From: Nemertoderma westbladi
Lineage: Eukaryota > Animalia > Xenacoelomorpha
NCBI GenBank assembly: GCA_032718475.1
Contig: JAUCBJ010001608.1
Location: forward strand, 4,022 to 68,021
Reading direction: 5' to 3'
DNA: 64,000 nucleotides
The notes beneath the pieces are model-generated. The model did not search any database, was not told where the DNA came from, and saw only the letters and a program-made list of their open reading frames with translations. Shown piece after piece: positions 61,560 to 64,000 of the stretch; the first letter of the stretch is position 1, and the number at the start of each line of letters is the position of its first letter. The translations under genes and the position numbers were made by a program.

Positions 61560-61964
61560 ATGACTTTCGCCTATATCAACAACCGGTCGTTGAAAAGCAG
61601 CATAAAGTTCGATTTTGAGAGTGAGGATACTTTTGTGTCATCCTCAAACGTATCCGATTTGGAAATCAGATACATTAATAAAAAATTTGAAATCGGATTT
61701 ACCAATATCATCAATCACGAACACGGTGTTACAAAGTTAGAAACAACAAAAAACTTTACTTTGAACATAAGAATAAATCCAGGAACGGAAGAAGAAGAAG
61801 AAGTTAGTACCGGTAATCAAAACGAATTAATACCACTACAAGAGAATTGGGAAACAGAGACCGCTACAACTATAACAGAACCGATGGAGACTATTTGGAA
61901 AGAAATTAAACTAGCAACGCCTACCTGTAATAGGCCTACAGGTAATCATCAACATTTTTCATAG
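61560..61964 (+). CDS. Hypothetical Polinton protein, 134 aa
   Basis: ATG-initiated ORF with TATATAAA at 61531-61538 and aataaa near 62116; no recognisable domain. Confidence 0.45.
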   Translation: MTFAYINNRSLKSSIKFDFESEDTFVSSSNVSDLEIRYINKKFEIGFTNIINHEHGVTKLETTKNFTLNIRINPGTEEEEEVSTGNQNELIPLQENWETETATTITEPMETIWKEIKLATPTCNRPTGNHQHFS

Positions 61965-62859
61965 ATGGATACTGCTATCTAACTAGTAGGCCTACACATG
62001 TACACCCGTACACTCATACTCATTTCTGCATTTATAAAGCTGTAAAGTAGACCTAAATGTTACCGGTCTGTGTATGTCTATATTATATGTAATTTAACTT
62101 AAAAAGCGGACGCATAAATAAATAAAATAAACTAACTAACTATGTTTTATATAGGATCGTTAACATAGAGTGAATGTTAGTAACCAGAGAATGTGGTGGA
62201 TTTTATATAGTTATACCTCAAACCACACCTATTGTATCAGCTAGAGTAACAGAGTGCGAGGGGATTTTATAGGTCCAATAGCGCTACCGGTACCTAACTA
62301 CACCTATTGTGTCTGTGAGGTAGTCAGCTTTCAGTTGAGGAGTAGTCATTAGGCCTATATGCCTAACCGAATGAAGGTGTACCTTACCTATCCGTAAACC
62401 ATATTGAGTCAACATGCGAAAAAGGGCCCCGCATAAAGTTAACTATAGCTGTATAGGCTTACCTATGCAACAGTAGCTCGCAGTAATGTAGATTAGACCA
62501 ATTAAGGTTGTAAACAGAAAATTGGAAGCATTCAAGTGTAATAGCCTAATCCTTAAATCAAAGAAACCAGCATGCTCTTGCGCTATCCAAGTATACAGGT
62601 ACAAGAGTGCCACGGTGCTGGTACCAGTAGGCCTATTGTTAGGTGTGCCTCCTCTAATGCTGTATTCACGAACCCGCATGTCGACTTAATTTAATTTTAT
62701 TATTAGTAAGTACGGTACCGGTAACGCTAAAGCTCTGTGGTTGCTGTCGGGGGGCCATTCTGTCGTTCTACAGTTTAGCGTTGTTGGCATATGTAGTAAA
62801 ATCAGCTAGCTACTGGTAGTTAAACTCTGATACAACCGCCGGCTACCGGTAGGTGCAGG

Positions 62860-62883
62860 GTGTGTGTGTGTGTGTGTGTGTGT
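62860..62883. repeat. (TG)n microsatellite
   Basis: About 12 uninterrupted TG/GT units. Confidence 0.9.
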
Positions 62884-63011
62884 AAACTTAAGTCCTACAC
62901 CTTTAGTCAAACTGAGATATAAAAAAATAGATTTTAATGTTTTTATTATTTTTATTGACATTAAAACAATTATATTATCCCATCACATTACATTACATGC
63001 TTAGAGTAAAC

Positions 63012-63611
63012 CTACAGTACATCTTCCACCGCAGTTATTTCTTTCTGTTTATCATCATCATCAGTCGCAGTTAAACGCTTTCTCATGAAAAAGTGTAGAG
63101 CCTCATACCCCCCAACACGTTTTGCTGAGCAGTATCGCAGACAGTTATCCCTTATGTTTAAGTGGAACGTGCATTTACTTTCCACTGTAGTGAATCGGTC
63201 GTGAAATCGACAAGGCGTTAAATAATCGTGATTTTGCTTATATATTCCCAATTTCTCCACCGAATTTGGCTCGAGAACATCGAGTTGGGAAACTAATATT
63301 GCCCGCTTCAGCAACCCAAATACATGAATGTTTTTTTTATATTTTAAATGTCTCTTCATATATTTTTTAAAGTCATCTTGAGAAATGTCCCCGTAGTCCC
63401 AGGGCAAGTGAGAAGTCATATCCCGTAAATTGTTTACGTGAGCTGCATCTAAAGCTGATAACTTAATATTAGACGGGCCTTTAATTAAAAACGTCTTTAC
63501 ATTAGTTTTGGTGTAATTAGAATCGAAAATAGCAAATTCTTTAAATACTACAGGATACTCTTTATTGTCTATCTTATAATATTGAAAATCAACAAAAATA
63601 ATATTATCCAT
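63012..63611 (-). CDS. DEDD/DnaQ-like 3'-5' exonuclease-fold protein of Polintons
   Basis: IFVDFQ...VFKEFAI...FLIKGP...HLPWDYGDI...VFGLLK...C..H....CS pattern. Confidence 0.6.
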   Translation of the reverse strand: MDNIIFVDFQYYKIDNKEYPVVFKEFAIFDSNYTKTNVKTFLIKGPSNIKLSALDAAHVNNLRDMTSHLPWDYGDISQDDFKKYMKRHLKYKKNIHVFGLLKRAILVSQLDVLEPNSVEKLGIYKQNHDYLTPCRFHDRFTTVESKCTFHLNIRDNCLRYCSAKRVGGYEALHFFMRKRLTATDDDDKQKEITAVEDVL

Positions 63612-63642
63612 TTTATCTGATAAACAAAAGTTAAATAATTAA

Positions 63643-64000
63643 TTACAAAGTTTGTTGGTTTAATTTATAATAATTAACAAGCCATTTATATAATATAATT
63701 TCATTTATTTCCACATTATTTGTAAACGCCCTCATTGGATAGATTGTGTGAATATGATTTACCAAATAATACAGACAGTACAGACCGCATGTGGTCCTCC
63801 TTGGGTCTTGAAATTGTTTGCGAGTAGTACGCCACCTTGCGGAATTTTTCTCAAGCCATTTTTCGATGCATCTGTTTGGATATTTTGGTCCAAACGTGTC
63901 AAATACTTCGGCCTCATTATCTCGTATATATATCGCGATCCAATGAATCCCAGGCAAATGCTCTTTATCGGTATTTACTATCAAGCCATAATCCTGCCGC
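63643..64000 (-). CDS. Adenain-like cysteine protease (partial, open to the window edge)
   Basis: IVNTD....PGIHWIAI...EVFDTFG...FQ....TTCGLYCLYYL: His-Asp-Gln-Cys catalytic set of adenoviral/Polinton maturation proteases. Confidence 0.9.
   Translation of the reverse strand, partial: RQDYGLIVNTDKEHLPGIHWIAIYIRDNEAEVFDTFGPKYPNRCIEKWLEKNSARWRTTRKQFQDPRRTTCGLYCLYYLVNHIHTIYPMRAFTNNVEINEIILYKWLVNYYKLNQQTL

Larger units (their letters stand above)
53886..64000. mobile_element. Maverick/Polinton (endogenous polintovirus), left part; decaying
   Basis: pPolB, adenain-like protease and DEDD-like nuclease in compact intronless ORFs. Left boundary is a guess based on AGTAGT at 53886 followed by ~100-bp subterminal repeats (53979, 54081); the right TIR is outside the window. 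Confidence 0.85.

Overview
AT-rich eukaryotic (probably aquatic invertebrate animal) DNA, roughly 90% transposon-derived and heavily nested. Contents: (1) two copies of an unusually large BEL/Pao LTR retrotransposon family. Copy A is decayed and 5'-truncated (minus strand, <1-15283). Copy B is full length (28370-47227; 1201-bp LTRs, ACTAA TSD), sits inside a 39-bp satellite, carries extra 3' ORFs and covarying RNA structures, and has an 11-nt self-complementary site where the tRNA PBS should be. (2) An intact second BEL/Pao element nested in copy A. (3) A GalEa-type Copia element, a 5'-truncated L2/CR1-group LINE, non-autonomous piggyBac-like and Kolobok-like DNA elements, and small fragments. 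(4) One small spliced host gene (signal peptide + PAN/Apple domain). (5) The left part of a decaying Maverick/Polinton (pPolB, adenain-like protease, DEDD-like nuclease) that also encodes a divergent TBP-like protein and a tandem PC4-like protein. Best leads: apparent Tf1-style self-priming in a BEL/Pao element, and a Polinton-borne TBP + PC4 transcription module. All alignments and folds were done by eye; no database searches were run.
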